From: Gammaproteobacteria bacterium | GTDB lineage: Bacteria; Pseudomonadota; Gammaproteobacteria; Tethybacterales; Persebacteraceae | Direction of reading: 5' to 3' | DNA: 64,000 bases | Assembly: GCA_965221835.1 (NCBI GenBank) | Contig: OZ244916.1 | Coordinates: 329,947 to 393,946, forward strand | Shown here: positions 1 to 9,948 of the stretch, piece after piece | Position numbering within the stretch: the first letter of the stretch is position 1 | Layout of the letters: every line of letters starts with the position of its first letter | Notes under the pieces: model-generated | Databases searched by the model: none | Told to the model about the DNA's origin: nothing | Seen by the model: only the letters and a program-made list of their open reading frames with translations | Program-made: the position numbers and the translations under genes

Positions 1-990
1 ATGAATATAACCATGATAAGCACGGAAAAAATTAGGATTAGAGAATGAACTGAATCTTTCAATCAGTTCAACGGCGATATGGTCCATATACACGGTATAT
101 CCGTCTCTGTTCGTTGTATGCGAATTCGCAACATCCTTAAACGAAAGCGTGTAGGTGAAATTATCCAATCGCACGGTAAAACCAAGATTAAAAAAGAAAG
201 GGGTAAGGTCAAAACTTTCGTTTTCAAATCGTGATGTATCCGGCTCGCAAGATTCAAACACACAAGGCGGAAGATATCGATCTCCAATGACGGGATTAAT
301 CGGCAAAGGCGGTGCGTCCAAAAACGAAGAGAGAGGGGGTTGTGGAATCAGAGTTTCGACAAAGGAATGCGGAGTTCCTTCTAATTCTCGTGTAACGCCC
401 ACTTGCCTCCATAACACCGAACGAAAAACCCTCGCCAATCTTGCATGTTCATCACTTCGCACGGTTTGCGTGACTCCCAAAATATCCGTGTAAATTACTG
501 TAAAACTATAAACATCGCCTTCGTCATAACCGTCGCCGGTATGCCCGATATTGACGGTGACATACGGCAGTTCTCCCTCCCGCCGAATACCCGCAATTTG
601 TACCGAAACACCGCTTACCGTTAATGTATTCGAGCCATAAATACGCAAATCGGCGGTGATATGGTCGCAACCCGATATATCTATAAAAGTACTAATCTGC
701 CTAAAAGTCAAAAAACGGGAATTCGGATGTCCAACATCTATTCCCGCAAAATTTTCTCGGATAACTTCGCCGGTGTGAATATCGGTTTGCTGACATCGCC
801 AATAATATTCGCCTCCTGCTCCCGCAACAATTCCCTCGTCAATTTCGGGGGACGGAAATACAACCGAAACCCGTTGCGAATCGTAATCCAAAGTAAGGTC
901 TACTGCAATATCCCCCGTAAATTGTGCAACCGCATTCCCCGCCCCGCAAAGTGCGAAAGCAGTTGCCAAAATTCTCCACAAAACTCTCAT
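1..990 (-). CDS. Partial CDS: N-terminal ~330 aa of a second giant repeat-adhesin paralog; the gene runs off the left edge of the window
   Basis: Manual reverse-complement translation from the ATG at 990 down to position 1 is open with no stops. It reads MRVLWRILATAFALCGAGNAVAQ... (signal peptide). It aligns block by block with the N-terminus of the 3653-aa protein at 37577 (YYWRC / YFWRC, GCDHI / KCDHI, GIRREGELPYVTVNIGHTGDGYDEGDVYSFTVIYTD vs GVRREGNPPHVTVNIDHIGDGYTEGDVYSFNVVYTD, ESCEPD vs ESCETE, YMDHIAVE vs YLDHFAVR). The ORF track omits it because no stop lies inside the window. Confidence 0.6.
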   Translation of the reverse strand, partial: MRVLWRILATAFALCGAGNAVAQFTGDIAVDLTLDYDSQRVSVVFPSPEIDEGIVAGAGGEYYWRCQQTDIHTGEVIRENFAGIDVGHPNSRFLTFRQISTFIDISGCDHITADLRIYGSNTLTVSGVSVQIAGIRREGELPYVTVNIGHTGDGYDEGDVYSFTVIYTDILGVTQTVRSDEHARLARVFRSVLWRQVGVTRELEGTPHSFVETLIPQPPLSSFLDAPPLPINPVIGDRYLPPCVFESCEPDTSRFENESFDLTPFFFNLGFTVRLDNFTYTLSFKDVANSHTTNRDGYTVYMDHIAVELIERFSSFSNPNFFRAYHGYIH

Positions 991-1029
991 GGGCGGAATT
1001 ATAACAAAGAATTGACAAATTAAACGGAA

Positions 1030-1420
1030 TTTTGTATAGTTATGCACGATTCGGCGGCGAAAAATGACGGCGGGGCGAGAATGGAATCGGGCGGCGGCGG
1101 AATTCCGCAAAAAAACCGCGAAATTCCGCGAAAAACCCCCCGTCATTCCCGCGAAAGCGGGAATCCATTATAGGCGATTAATTTTAGAATTCCCGCGCGT
1201 TTTTTCATAAAAAACAGCGTGAACTCGGGGATTTGTCGGCGAAAATGGATTCCCGCTTTCGCGGGAATGACAGCGGGGAAGGCGGGATTTTGTCGGCAAG
1301 AATCGGACGGCGGCGGACGGCGAAAATGACGGGCGGCGGGGGAGATTCCGATTTACATCGGAATGGTAAAAAATGACGGCGCGGCGGACGGGCGAGAATC
1401 GGGCGGCGGCGGGAAGGCGG
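1030..1420. repeat. NIME-type repeat array (RS units flanked by dRS3 ATTCCC-N8-GGGAAT inverted repeats)
   Basis: dRS3 instances attcccgcgaaagcgggaat (~1144) and attcccgctttcgcgggaat (~1249). The RS unit ...ataggcgattaattttagaattcccgcgcgttttttcat... recurs at 16570, 17160 and 48690. The palindromic cattccgatgtaaatcggaatg motif recurs as well. Confidence 0.6.
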
Positions 1421-1422
1421 GA

Positions 1423-2868
1423 TTAGAAACGATGTACGGCTTCCAGATGGAATCTGGCGTTGTTGCCGAATTCGGCGGTTTTTCGCCATTGAAATCCGGC
1501 GGAGGGGCGGATTGTCCAGCGGTTAATCCGCAAAACGCTTTCCAGATTTAGCGAGTTGTTTGTTTCGCTCTCGCCTTTGTCAAAACGGGATTGCAGATGA
1601 TAAACCGGCGATATTTCCCAAATGCCGCCCGTCAAGTTTGCGGACAGGGAAAGATTGTAATCGGCGGTTTCGCCCGCAACGAATTCCGAAAATGCCGCCG
1701 TCCACAACTCGCCTTTGTATTCGCCGCCCGATGAATAATGAAATTCGCCGAATTCGCCGTTTGCGTTTGTTTGTCCGCCGGTGTAGTACAAATGCCAATT
1801 GTCTTTGCGGAAATCCATCCGCCCGCCCGCATTTGCGAAATAGCCGATTTCGTCTACGGAATAGCCGATATCGGGCGTGAAATTAAATAGCGAAAAATCG
1901 CCGCCGGACAAAAGCATCGCCGCCGCCCCGACAACCGCAATTCCCGCCCCGATGGCAGCACCGCCGCCTGAACTGCCCGAACTGCCGCCGCCCGAACTGC
2001 CGCTGTCATCGCCCGCATTTGCGGAATTGGCGGAATTGGCGGAATTTTCGGAATTGACGGAATTGGCGGAATTGGCGGGGGTTGTCGCACAACTCGCAGT
2101 CGCCGGGTCGCAAGAATCCAACGCTTGCGCAACATCGTTTGTTTCTTGATAGTTTGCGTCAAGATGAAACTCGCCGGCATTCGGGTCGGCTTCGCCGACT
2201 CTGCCCGTGTTTTGTGCGAACGCCAAAACTCCGCTTGAATCACGATAAACGAAAACGGTTGCCAATGTATTCTTAAAACGCGAACTTAAGTCGGTGCGGG
2301 GACCGGAGATGAAAAAGCGGTCGCCCGCCTCCATCGTCCGCCGATTACCGGCGTAACCGAACATAAACAAACCCGTATTTGAATCAACCGCTTTCGTATA
2401 GGGCAACTCGCCGCCTATGGTCGTATCGTCGGGGTTGACTCTTCTTAAAATGGCGGCTGCCGCATGATAAGTATGCAAACCGGTTAAATGCGCCACACTT
2501 CCGGCAAAAGAAAAAGCGGAAACGCTCGCAACGATGGCGGTTAGCGGGTCGCTAAAAATGATTTGTCCGCCGGGTTGGGGGCGAGTAGTCGCAACTGTCA
2601 AAGTCGTGGTCTCTACAACTACCGATATGGTATCGGGTCTTCCGTCCCCGTCTATATCTACATTTACATATCTATTGCCTTGACGCAATGTCGTGCGGGT
2701 GGTGATTGTAATAATTCGGTCGCTAATGCCTGGTACATTGATGACAACCGTCGGTCTTTTCCAAACTTGTGCAACTTCCGATTCTTGTGCGGATGCGGAA
2801 GTCGCAAATCCCGCCGCCAAAACGGCAACGGCGAAAAGACGGAAAATAGCGGTTTTTATGATTTTCAT
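1423..2868 (-). CDS. Secreted surface/outer-membrane protein, paralog A: signal peptide, low-complexity (ANS)n and (GSS)n tracts, C-terminal ~160-aa domain ending ...EAVHRF
   Basis: ORF 1423..2928. The likely true start is MKIIKTAIFRLFAVAVLAAGFATSASA-QE (signal peptide). A hydrophobic Gly/Ala-rich segment (AIGAGIAVVGAAAMLL) precedes the C-terminal domain. That domain is shared with the 811-aa protein at 61539..63848 (GQTNxxGxFGxxHYxSG...ELWTAAFSE..AG.TADY.LSLSA.L.GGIW..SPVY...NRWTI.PSAGF.W........RF.). The aromatic C-terminal residue is typical of OM beta-barrel proteins. Confidence 0.6.
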   Translation of the reverse strand: MKIIKTAIFRLFAVAVLAAGFATSASAQESEVAQVWKRPTVVINVPGISDRIITITTRTTLRQGNRYVNVDIDGDGRPDTISVVVETTTLTVATTRPQPGGQIIFSDPLTAIVASVSAFSFAGSVAHLTGLHTYHAAAAILRRVNPDDTTIGGELPYTKAVDSNTGLFMFGYAGNRRTMEAGDRFFISGPRTDLSSRFKNTLATVFVYRDSSGVLAFAQNTGRVGEADPNAGEFHLDANYQETNDVAQALDSCDPATASCATTPANSANSVNSENSANSANSANAGDDSGSSGGGSSGSSGGGAAIGAGIAVVGAAAMLLSGGDFSLFNFTPDIGYSVDEIGYFANAGGRMDFRKDNWHLYYTGGQTNANGEFGEFHYSSGGEYKGELWTAAFSEFVAGETADYNLSLSANLTGGIWEISPVYHLQSRFDKGESETNNSLNLESVLRINRWTIRPSAGFQWRKTAEFGNNARFHLEAVHRF

Positions 2869-2937
2869 AATACTCTCCTGCGTGTGTGTCGTAAAACGGT
2901 ATTGTATCAGAAAACGCCGAAATGTCAACCCGGCGCA

Positions 2938-4275
2938 TCAGATGTCCAGCAAAAATTTTCGTTCCCAAGCGGTGACGACATGGCGGTAGTTTTCCAGTTC
3001 GGTGCGTTTGCATGCCACATACAAATCCACGAAACGATTGCCGAGGCGTTCGCGCAACATTTTGGAACCGCGCATTGCTTCCAGCGATTCTTCCAGCGTT
3101 AGGGGAATTCCGCGCGCCATTTCCCACGCCGCTACGGTAACCGGGGCGGTCGGTGCGATTTTGTTTTTGACGCCCATAAATCCGGCGAGTAAGGAACCCG
3201 CCACCGCCAAATACGGATTTGCATCCGAACCGCAAACGCGATTTTCCACACGCATCGCCGCCGGTGCACCGGTTTCCGGTACGCGCAATCCCACCGTGCG
3301 ATTGTTCGCGCCCCAATGATTGTTGGTATTTGGCCACGGTACATTAATGCGGCGAAACGAATTGACATTCGGTACCAGCATCGCCATAATTTCGGGCAAA
3401 TGCCGCTGCAATCCGCCCAAATAATGTTTGAACATCTGACTCATTCCGCCGTCCCGTCCGGCAAATAAGTTGTCGCCGCCGCCCCGTGCGACAACGCTTT
3501 GGTGAATATGCATTGAACTGCCGGGTTGTCCCTCCACCGGTTTCGCCATAAAAGTAGCGACCATTCCGTGTCGCACCGCCGCCTCGCGTACGCATCGTTT
3601 GAACATCATCACTTGGTCGGTCATCGCCAAGGCGTCGCCGTGCTTGAAATTGATTTCAAACTGCGCAACGCCTTCTTCGTGCGTCAATGTGTCGACCGCC
3701 AGCGATTGCGCTTCGGCAAAACGGTAAATGTCGTTAATGACCGGCTCAAATTCGTTTAAGGCATCTATGCTGAACGGTTGGCTGGAAAACTCCGGGCGAC
3801 CGGTGCGACCAACCGGCGGACGCAAGGGATTGTCGGGATTGTTGTCACGGCTGGCGAGATAAAACTCCAACTCCGGTGCGACAATCGGACGCCAGCCGTT
3901 GCGATGAAAAAAACGAATGACTCGCTTGAGAATACTGCGCGGTGCATAGCGAATAAGCGCGCCTTTTTCGCTGATTCCATCGCAAATAATCTGCCCCGTC
4001 GGTTCCGTCGCCCACGGCACCAAAAAACATCCTTCCAGCCCGGCACGCAACTCCATATCGCCGTCCGTATCATCCAAAAAATCTTCCTGTTCGCCCCAAT
4101 CGCCGGTGACGGTTTGCGCCAAGGCGGATTCGGGCATCCGCACCGAAGATTGAAGGAATTTTTCGCACGGGATAATCTTGCCGCGCGGCACTCCCGCCAA
4201 ATCGGGAATGAAAATTTCGACTTCGGTAATGGAATGATTCCGCAGCCAGTTTTTAACTTCGTTATCCAACGACAT
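2938..4275 (-). CDS. Glutamine synthetase family protein (GlnA type III / gamma-glutamyl-polyamine synthetase-like)
   Basis: 445-aa ORF with GS catalytic-domain hallmarks (GDWGEQ, ...SSMHIHQS..., NRxxxxR-type C-terminal motifs). The exact subfamily was not resolved. Confidence 0.65.
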   Translation of the reverse strand: MSLDNEVKNWLRNHSITEVEIFIPDLAGVPRGKIIPCEKFLQSSVRMPESALAQTVTGDWGEQEDFLDDTDGDMELRAGLEGCFLVPWATEPTGQIICDGISEKGALIRYAPRSILKRVIRFFHRNGWRPIVAPELEFYLASRDNNPDNPLRPPVGRTGRPEFSSQPFSIDALNEFEPVINDIYRFAEAQSLAVDTLTHEEGVAQFEINFKHGDALAMTDQVMMFKRCVREAAVRHGMVATFMAKPVEGQPGSSMHIHQSVVARGGGDNLFAGRDGGMSQMFKHYLGGLQRHLPEIMAMLVPNVNSFRRINVPWPNTNNHWGANNRTVGLRVPETGAPAAMRVENRVCGSDANPYLAVAGSLLAGFMGVKNKIAPTAPVTVAAWEMARGIPLTLEESLEAMRGSKMLRERLGNRFVDLYVACKRTELENYRHVVTAWERKFLLDI

Positions 4276-4321
4276 ATCGCCTCGTTCCCTATTTTAGCAA
4301 AAATATGGCAATATTAATAAA

Positions 4322-4675
4322 ATGTCATACAACGAAACAAAAATGGAAACCGAAATACCCGAAATACCCGCAACAGCGGAACCCGAAACGGCGGAAAACA
4401 CCGCGCAAACCGCCAAATATCGCCTAACCGGCGATGTGCAAAACATCGGATTTCGCCACTATCTCGCAAAAACGGCAGAAGATCTGCAAATACGCGGCTG
4501 GGCAAAAAACGAAAGCGACGGCAGTTTAATCGTTTTGCTGTGCGCCGAAGAATCCGCCATCGCGCAAATGCTCCCGCATCTTTTGCAAGGACCGGTCGGT
4601 GCCGCCGTGAACAATATGATAGAACTTTTGGTTGAAGAAGACGACATTCCGCCCGAAAACTTTGATATCCGCTAA
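4322..4675 (+). CDS. acyP: Acylphosphatase with an acidic ~30-aa N-terminal extension
   Basis: LTGDVQNIGFRHYLAKTAEDLQIRGWAKNESDGSLIVLL matches the acylphosphatase signatures (V.G.VQGV.FR ... G.V.N..DGSV). Confidence 0.6.
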   Translation: MSYNETKMETEIPEIPATAEPETAENTAQTAKYRLTGDVQNIGFRHYLAKTAEDLQIRGWAKNESDGSLIVLLCAEESAIAQMLPHLLQGPVGAAVNNMIELLVEEDDIPPENFDIR

Positions 4676-4703
4676 TGCGTTCGCGCCAATTTTGGCGTAA
4701 AAA

Positions 4704-5939
4704 CTATACCAATCCTTCAAACATTTGCACGCAAACTTTTTCGCCGGCGGCAACCGCCCCGCGCGATTCTTCCAAAACAATAAAACAATTTGCGCGCGTC
4801 ATGGACGACAAAATGCCGGACCCCTGGTCGCCGGTCGGCGACACTTCATAACCGCCGCCCGCCGCCGGACGCAAAACTCCGCGCTGATATTCTTCGCGCC
4901 CCGCCGATTTTTTGAACGCGCACAAAGCGACCGCTTCCAGCATCGGCGGCGGTGAATATGCTTTTCGCCCGGCGCGTTTCCACAATGCGGCTTGCACAAA
5001 TTGATAAAAACACACCATCACCGAAACCGGATTGCCGGGCAATCCGAAAAAATCCGCCTCGCCGAGTTTGCCGAACGCCAGCGGACGACCGGGACGCATT
5101 GCCACTTTCCAAAACACGACTTCGCCGCGTTCCGCCAGAACCGGACGAATAAAATCCGCCTCGCCGACAGACGCCCCGCCGCTGGCGATAACGACATCCG
5201 CGTTTTTTGTTGCCGCATCCATTGCCGCCGCCAACATTTCCGGCGAATCGCGCACCACGCCCAAATCCAAACCGTCCGCCCCCATCCGCGCCAACATCGC
5301 AAAAATCGCATGGCGATTGGAATCGTACACTTCCCCCGGTGCCAGCGAATCGCCGGGCGATTTCAATTCGTCACCGGTGGAAAAATAAGCGACTCGCACG
5401 CGCCGATAAACCGCGGTTTCTGTTATTCCTAACGAACCCAAAAGACCGATTTCCGCCGGGGCGCAAAATGTCCCCGCCGCCAATGCGATTTCGCCGCACC
5501 GCAAATCTTCTCCCGCCAATCGGATGTGCGTTCCTGTGCGGCGAACGGCGGGCGCGATTTCTGCGATTCCGTCTTTTTCGCCGCACGATTCTTCTTGCGG
5601 AACGACAATATCCGCACCTGCCGGTACGCGCGCACCGGTCATAATGCGGACGCATTCGCCGCTTGCAATCGCGCAATCAGAAGGCGCACCGGCAAAGGCG
5701 CGTCCCGCAATGCGCAACGAAACATTTTTGTCGGCGGACAAATCGGCAATGCGACAAGCATAACCGTCCATCGCCGAGTTGTCAAAACCCGGTACATTAA
5801 ACGGTGCGGCAATATCTTCCGCCAGAACGCGCCCCAAAACATCGCGCAACGGCGCGCGCGTTTTTGCCGCAACCGGCACAATGCGCGACAAAATTAATTC
5901 GCGCGCTTCCCGCACCGATTTCCATTTTTCGTTTGTCAT
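4704..5939 (-). CDS. moeA: Molybdopterin molybdotransferase MoeA
   Basis: ORF 4704..6023, with the probable start at MTNEKW. It carries MoeA motifs (...SGGASVGEADF..., GLPGNPVSVMV). Confidence 0.8.
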   Translation of the reverse strand: MTNEKWKSVREARELILSRIVPVAAKTRAPLRDVLGRVLAEDIAAPFNVPGFDNSAMDGYACRIADLSADKNVSLRIAGRAFAGAPSDCAIASGECVRIMTGARVPAGADIVVPQEESCGEKDGIAEIAPAVRRTGTHIRLAGEDLRCGEIALAAGTFCAPAEIGLLGSLGITETAVYRRVRVAYFSTGDELKSPGDSLAPGEVYDSNRHAIFAMLARMGADGLDLGVVRDSPEMLAAAMDAATKNADVVIASGGASVGEADFIRPVLAERGEVVFWKVAMRPGRPLAFGKLGEADFFGLPGNPVSVMVCFYQFVQAALWKRAGRKAYSPPPMLEAVALCAFKKSAGREEYQRGVLRPAAGGGYEVSPTGDQGSGILSSMTRANCFIVLEESRGAVAAGEKVCVQMFEGLV

Positions 5940-6034
5940 TTGTTTCCTCCGCCGTGCGGCGATAAGCGATAAATTTGAATTGTAAAATAAAAACGCGTTC
6001 TGCGAAAAAACCGCCTTTCGCAAAACCGATTATT

Positions 6035-6568
6035 TTATTTCGGAAAAGACGATTTTGCAGAATTTTCCGAATTTTTTTCGGCAACTTTTTCTGCCAGAAA
6101 TGTTTCCGCCGTTTTGCCGTCCGGGTGAATAAAACGAACGATAACTTTTGTGCGTCCGAGATAAATCCATGTTGCAATGTGTATTAAAACCGATGCCACA
6201 ACGAAAATAGTTTGCGGCAAATCAAAAAGCGGCAATTCGGTAATCGTTTCATTTTTGGAAATAAAAATTAAAAGAATTATTCCAATAACGAAAAAAATAA
6301 TATGAACTGCGGCAAAAAATCGCACGGCGCGGCGCGCCCGGTTTTTCATCCGATATAAATTGATTCCGCAAAGGCACATTATCATATACCAAAAAAATGT
6401 CGCCGCCCAAAATGCAGGATATTCCGCGCCATATTCGCGATAAGACGGCAATGCACTTTCCGCAATTTGCACAAGCGGATACAACGCATAATACGCCGCC
6501 ACAACGACCACGCCGGGCATCCGCCCGCCCGCGATTTTTCGCCATAAATCGGCGGCAACTTTTAGCAA
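6035..6568 (-). CDS. Hypothetical integral membrane protein
   Basis: 177-aa ORF with several hydrophobic helices. No recognisable family. Confidence 0.4.
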   Translation of the reverse strand: MLKVAADLWRKIAGGRMPGVVVVAAYYALYPLVQIAESALPSYREYGAEYPAFWAATFFWYMIMCLCGINLYRMKNRARRAVRFFAAVHIIFFVIGIILLIFISKNETITELPLFDLPQTIFVVASVLIHIATWIYLGRTKVIVRFIHPDGKTAETFLAEKVAEKNSENSAKSSFPK

Positions 6569-6705
6569 CTTTTCCGCATTCCGAATGCGCTCCGTGTTTG
6601 AAAATAAAATTTATTATAACCGACAAATCGCGCCGCAAAAAAATTGCAAAAAATCGTATTTTTTCGCATTTGTGATAAAATGCGCGGCATCGGAGGATTA
6701 TAAAA

Positions 6706-8376
6706 ATGAAAAAACGCAGCGACATTATTACCGCCGGAAACGCGCGCGCACCAAATCGCGCATTGTTGCGGGCGGTCGGATTTAACGACGACGATTTTGA
6801 CAAACCGATTATCGGAATCGCCAACGGACATTCCACAATTACGCCTTGCAATTCCGGTCTTGATGCGCTGGCACACGCCGCCGAAAAAGCCCTTCGCGAT
6901 GCGGGCACAATGCCGCAAATGTTCGGCACAATTACAATTTCAGACGCCATTTCAATGGGGACGCCGGGAATGAAATATTCGCTGATTTCGCGCGAAGTAA
7001 TCGCCGATGCGATAGACACCGTCGTCAACGGGCAATGTATGGACGGCGTTATTGTTGTCGGCGGTTGCGACAAAAACATGCCCGGCGGAATGATGGCACT
7101 CGCACGAGTCAATATCCCGGGAATTTTCGTTTATGGCGGCACCATAAAACCGGGGCATTACAAAGGCGAAGATTTAACAGTCGTCAGCGTTTTTGAAGCA
7201 GTCGGCAAACACGCCGCCGGAAAATTGTCGGCAGAAGATTTTTTGCAAATTGAAAAAAAGGCGTGTCCGGGTGCCGGTTCATGCGGCGGAATGTTTACCG
7301 CCAACACGATGTCTTCGGCGTTTGAAGCGATGGGAATGTCGCTGCCTTATTCGTCCACAATGGCGGCAACAGACGCCGAAATAATTGATAGTGCCGCCGA
7401 CTCGGCACGCGCATTAGCCACCGCCATAAAACTGCAAATTCGCCCGCGCGACATTATGACAAAAGCGGCGTTTTTGAACGCCATCGCGGTGATTATGGCA
7501 GTCGGCGGTTCCACCAACGCGGTTTTGCATTTAATGGCAATCGCCCGCGAAGCCGAAGTTAATTTGCATTTGGACGATTTTGAAACGGTGCGGCGACGCA
7601 CGCCCGTTTTGTGCGACTTAAAACCTTCCGGACGATTTGTAACAGTAGATTTGCATCGTGCCGGCGGCATTCCGCAGGTGATGAAAATTTTGCTCAATCT
7701 CGGACTTTTGGAAGGCGAATGCATCGGCATTACCGGCAAAACATTGCGCGAAACTCTGGCGGATGTGCCCGATTTGCCGCCGTCCGCTGCGGCGAAAGAA
7801 GTCATTCGCCCCCCCGACAATCCGCTGTACGCGGACGGTCATTTGTCGGTTTTGTATGGCAATCTCGCCGAAGAAGGCAGCGTTGCAAAAATTTCCGGCA
7901 TCGCAAACCGCGTACATAACGGTCCGGCACGCGTTTTCAACTCCGAAGAAGAAGCACTCGCCGCGATTTTGGACGACAAAATCAAACCCGGCGATGTGCT
8001 GATTATCCGCTACGAAGGCCCGAAAGGCGGACCGGGCATGCGCGAAATGCTGGCACCAACTTCGGCAATTATCGGCAAAGGACTCGGCGATTCGGTCGGA
8101 CTCGTCACAGACGGCAGATTTTCGGGCGGCACTTACGGACTCGTTGTGGGACATGTCACGCCCGAAGCGGCAATCGGCGGCAATATCGCGCTGGTACACG
8201 AAGGCGATTCCATCACCATAGATGCCGAAACACGCAAACTAACTCTGCATATCAGCGACACCGAATTGGCGCACCGCCGCAGCGAATGGCAACCGCCGCA
8301 ACAGAATTTATCCGGCGTTCAGGCGAAATACGCGAAACTTGTCGGCGGCGCAAGCGAAGGCGCAGTAACTTGGTAA
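6706..8376 (+). CDS. ilvD: Dihydroxy-acid dehydratase (IlvD/EDD family)
   Basis: 556 aa, N-terminal ...[10 protein letters not shown]..., CDKNMPG motif, [12 protein letters not shown] ggagga sits 8 nt upstream of the ATG. Confidence 0.85.
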   Translation: MKKRSDIITAGNARAPNRALLRAVGFNDDDFDKPIIGIANGHSTITPCNSGLDALAHAAEKALRDAGTMPQMFGTITISDAISMGTPGMKYSLISREVIADAIDTVVNGQCMDGVIVVGGCDKNMPGGMMALARVNIPGIFVYGGTIKPGHYKGEDLTVVSVFEAVGKHAAGKLSAEDFLQIEKKACPGAGSCGGMFTANTMSSAFEAMGMSLPYSSTMAATDAEIIDSAADSARALATAIKLQIRPRDIMTKAAFLNAIAVIMAVGGSTNAVLHLMAIAREAEVNLHLDDFETVRRRTPVLCDLKPSGRFVTVDLHRAGGIPQVMKILLNLGLLEGECIGITGKTLRETLADVPDLPPSAAAKEVIRPPDNPLYADGHLSVLYGNLAEEGSVAKISGIANRVHNGPARVFNSEEEALAAILDDKIKPGDVLIIRYEGPKGGPGMREMLAPTSAIIGKGLGDSVGLVTDGRFSGGTYGLVVGHVTPEAAIGGNIALVHEGDSITIDAETRKLTLHISDTELAHRRSEWQPPQQNLSGVQAKYAKLVGGASEGAVTW

Positions 8377-8385
8377 AATCGCGCG

Positions 8386-8739
8386 TCAATGCCGGTTCGC
8401 TTTGCGCGTCAATTCGGACATCGCAATGCAATCCACAATCAGCCAGCAAACGGATGCAAGACACAGCGCGCCGCCGCCCGCAAACCAGATTTCGCTTTTC
8501 AGATTGATAATTCCCGTTTGCGGCAACACCGACAAATCGCCGCCCGCCGCCGACAACATCGTCAAAAACGGCGTCAGCAAATGCACATAACCAACCGCCA
8601 AACATACGACACCGACAAAAAACAGCGCCGTCATCCACATACCCGAAACAAAAAATCCCAGATAAAAACGGTGCAACCCGACGACGCCGAAAACCAGCCC
8701 CGCCAACGCAAAACAATACGCCTTAAATAAATTTTTCAT
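8386..8739 (-). CDS. TM2-domain small membrane protein
   Basis: 117 aa with the GLHRFYLG motif and two hydrophobic helices. Confidence 0.45.
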   Translation of the reverse strand: MKNLFKAYCFALAGLVFGVVGLHRFYLGFFVSGMWMTALFFVGVVCLAVGYVHLLTPFLTMLSAAGGDLSVLPQTGIINLKSEIWFAGGGALCLASVCWLIVDCIAMSELTRKANRH

Positions 8740-8806
8740 ATAACGAATTAAACTTTATCACATCCGCCCCGTTTCGGGCGCGGTGTATTATAATTGTCGC
8801 AAGAAT

Positions 8807-9946
8807 ATGCCGGACACACCGCCGACTCCCGCCATTCTCGCTTTTGCGGACGGTATCGTATTTTCCGGCACCGCCGCCGGTCATCCGGGTATCGCCGTCG
8901 GCGAGGCGGTTTTTAATACCGCCATTTGCGGCTATCAAGAAATCGTCAGCGACCCTTCCTACTATCGCCAAATCGTCAATTTTACGCATCCGCACATCGG
9001 CAATACGGGCGCAACTTCGCTTGACGATGAATGCGCGGATTTCGCCGCCGCCGGTATTGTCGCACGGCGAATCGCCTCCTATCCGCATTGGCGCGCGCAA
9101 TGCACTTTGGACGATTATCTGCGGGCGCGACAAATTCCCGCCATCGCCGGAATAGACACGCGCGCAGTTACTTGCAAATTGCGAGACGGCGGCGCAATTG
9201 CCGCTTGCATCGCACCGGGCAATGACGAAAAAACGCGCCAAAATGCCATCGCCGCCGCCGCCGCTTTCGGCGGATTAACCGGCGCAATGTTGGCAGCAGA
9301 ATCCGGACAATCGCGCGCAACACAATGGCGCGAAGGTTTATGGCGCGCGCGCGAAAATGATTATGCGGCGGGCGGCGGACGGCGCGTTGTCGCGGTTTTA
9401 GATTGCGGAGTCAAAAGCGCGATTTTGCGCCAACTCGCCGCACGCGGTTGCGATGTGCGAGTATTGCAATACGACACCGATTTTGCAACAATACAAAAAT
9501 GCAAACCGGACGGCGTAATATTTTCCAACGGACCGGGCGACCCGGAACCGTGCGCCGCCGCAATTGCATTGGCGCGCGAATTAATGCACCAAAAAACGCC
9601 GCTGTTGGGAATTTGTCTTGGGCATCAAATTATCGCCGCCGCATTAGGGGCGAAAATTGTCAAAATGAAATTCGGACACCACGGCGCAAATCATCCGGTG
9701 CGAGACGAAGAAACCGGACGCGTTTTAATCACCAGCCAAAATCACGGTTTTGCGGCAGATGCGGCGAGTTTACCGGCGGACACGCGCATCACGCACACTT
9801 CTTTGTTTGACGGTTCGCTACAAGGAATCGCATGCGATTCGCCGCCGATTATGACTTTTCAGGGACATCCCGAAGCCAGCCCCGGCCCGCACGATGCCGC
9901 GATTTTATTTGACCGTTTTATCAATTTAATGGATGAAAGAAAATAA
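8807..9946 (+). CDS. carA: Carbamoyl-phosphate synthase small (glutaminase) subunit
   Basis: GATase motif ICLGHQ and CarA N-terminal homology. Start taken as the second ATG (8807), downstream of a tattataat -10 element. Confidence 0.9.
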   Translation: MPDTPPTPAILAFADGIVFSGTAAGHPGIAVGEAVFNTAICGYQEIVSDPSYYRQIVNFTHPHIGNTGATSLDDECADFAAAGIVARRIASYPHWRAQCTLDDYLRARQIPAIAGIDTRAVTCKLRDGGAIAACIAPGNDEKTRQNAIAAAAAFGGLTGAMLAAESGQSRATQWREGLWRARENDYAAGGGRRVVAVLDCGVKSAILRQLAARGCDVRVLQYDTDFATIQKCKPDGVIFSNGPGDPEPCAAAIALARELMHQKTPLLGICLGHQIIAAALGAKIVKMKFGHHGANHPVRDEETGRVLITSQNHGFAADAASLPADTRITHTSLFDGSLQGIACDSPPIMTFQGHPEASPGPHDAAILFDRFINLMDERK

Positions 9947-9948
9947 TC

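Noticed and set aside
155-1023. Plus-strand ORFs 155..493 and 661..1023
   Set aside because: Antisense to the open minus-strand frame that encodes the paralogous giant-protein N-terminus.
1363-1551. ORFs 1363..1551 (+) and 16586..16876 (-), both containing MYGFQMESGVVAEFGGFSPLKSGGG
   Set aside because: These are the antisense frames of the paralog-A 3' end and of its orphan inverted copy. They are useful as evidence for the duplication but are not genes.
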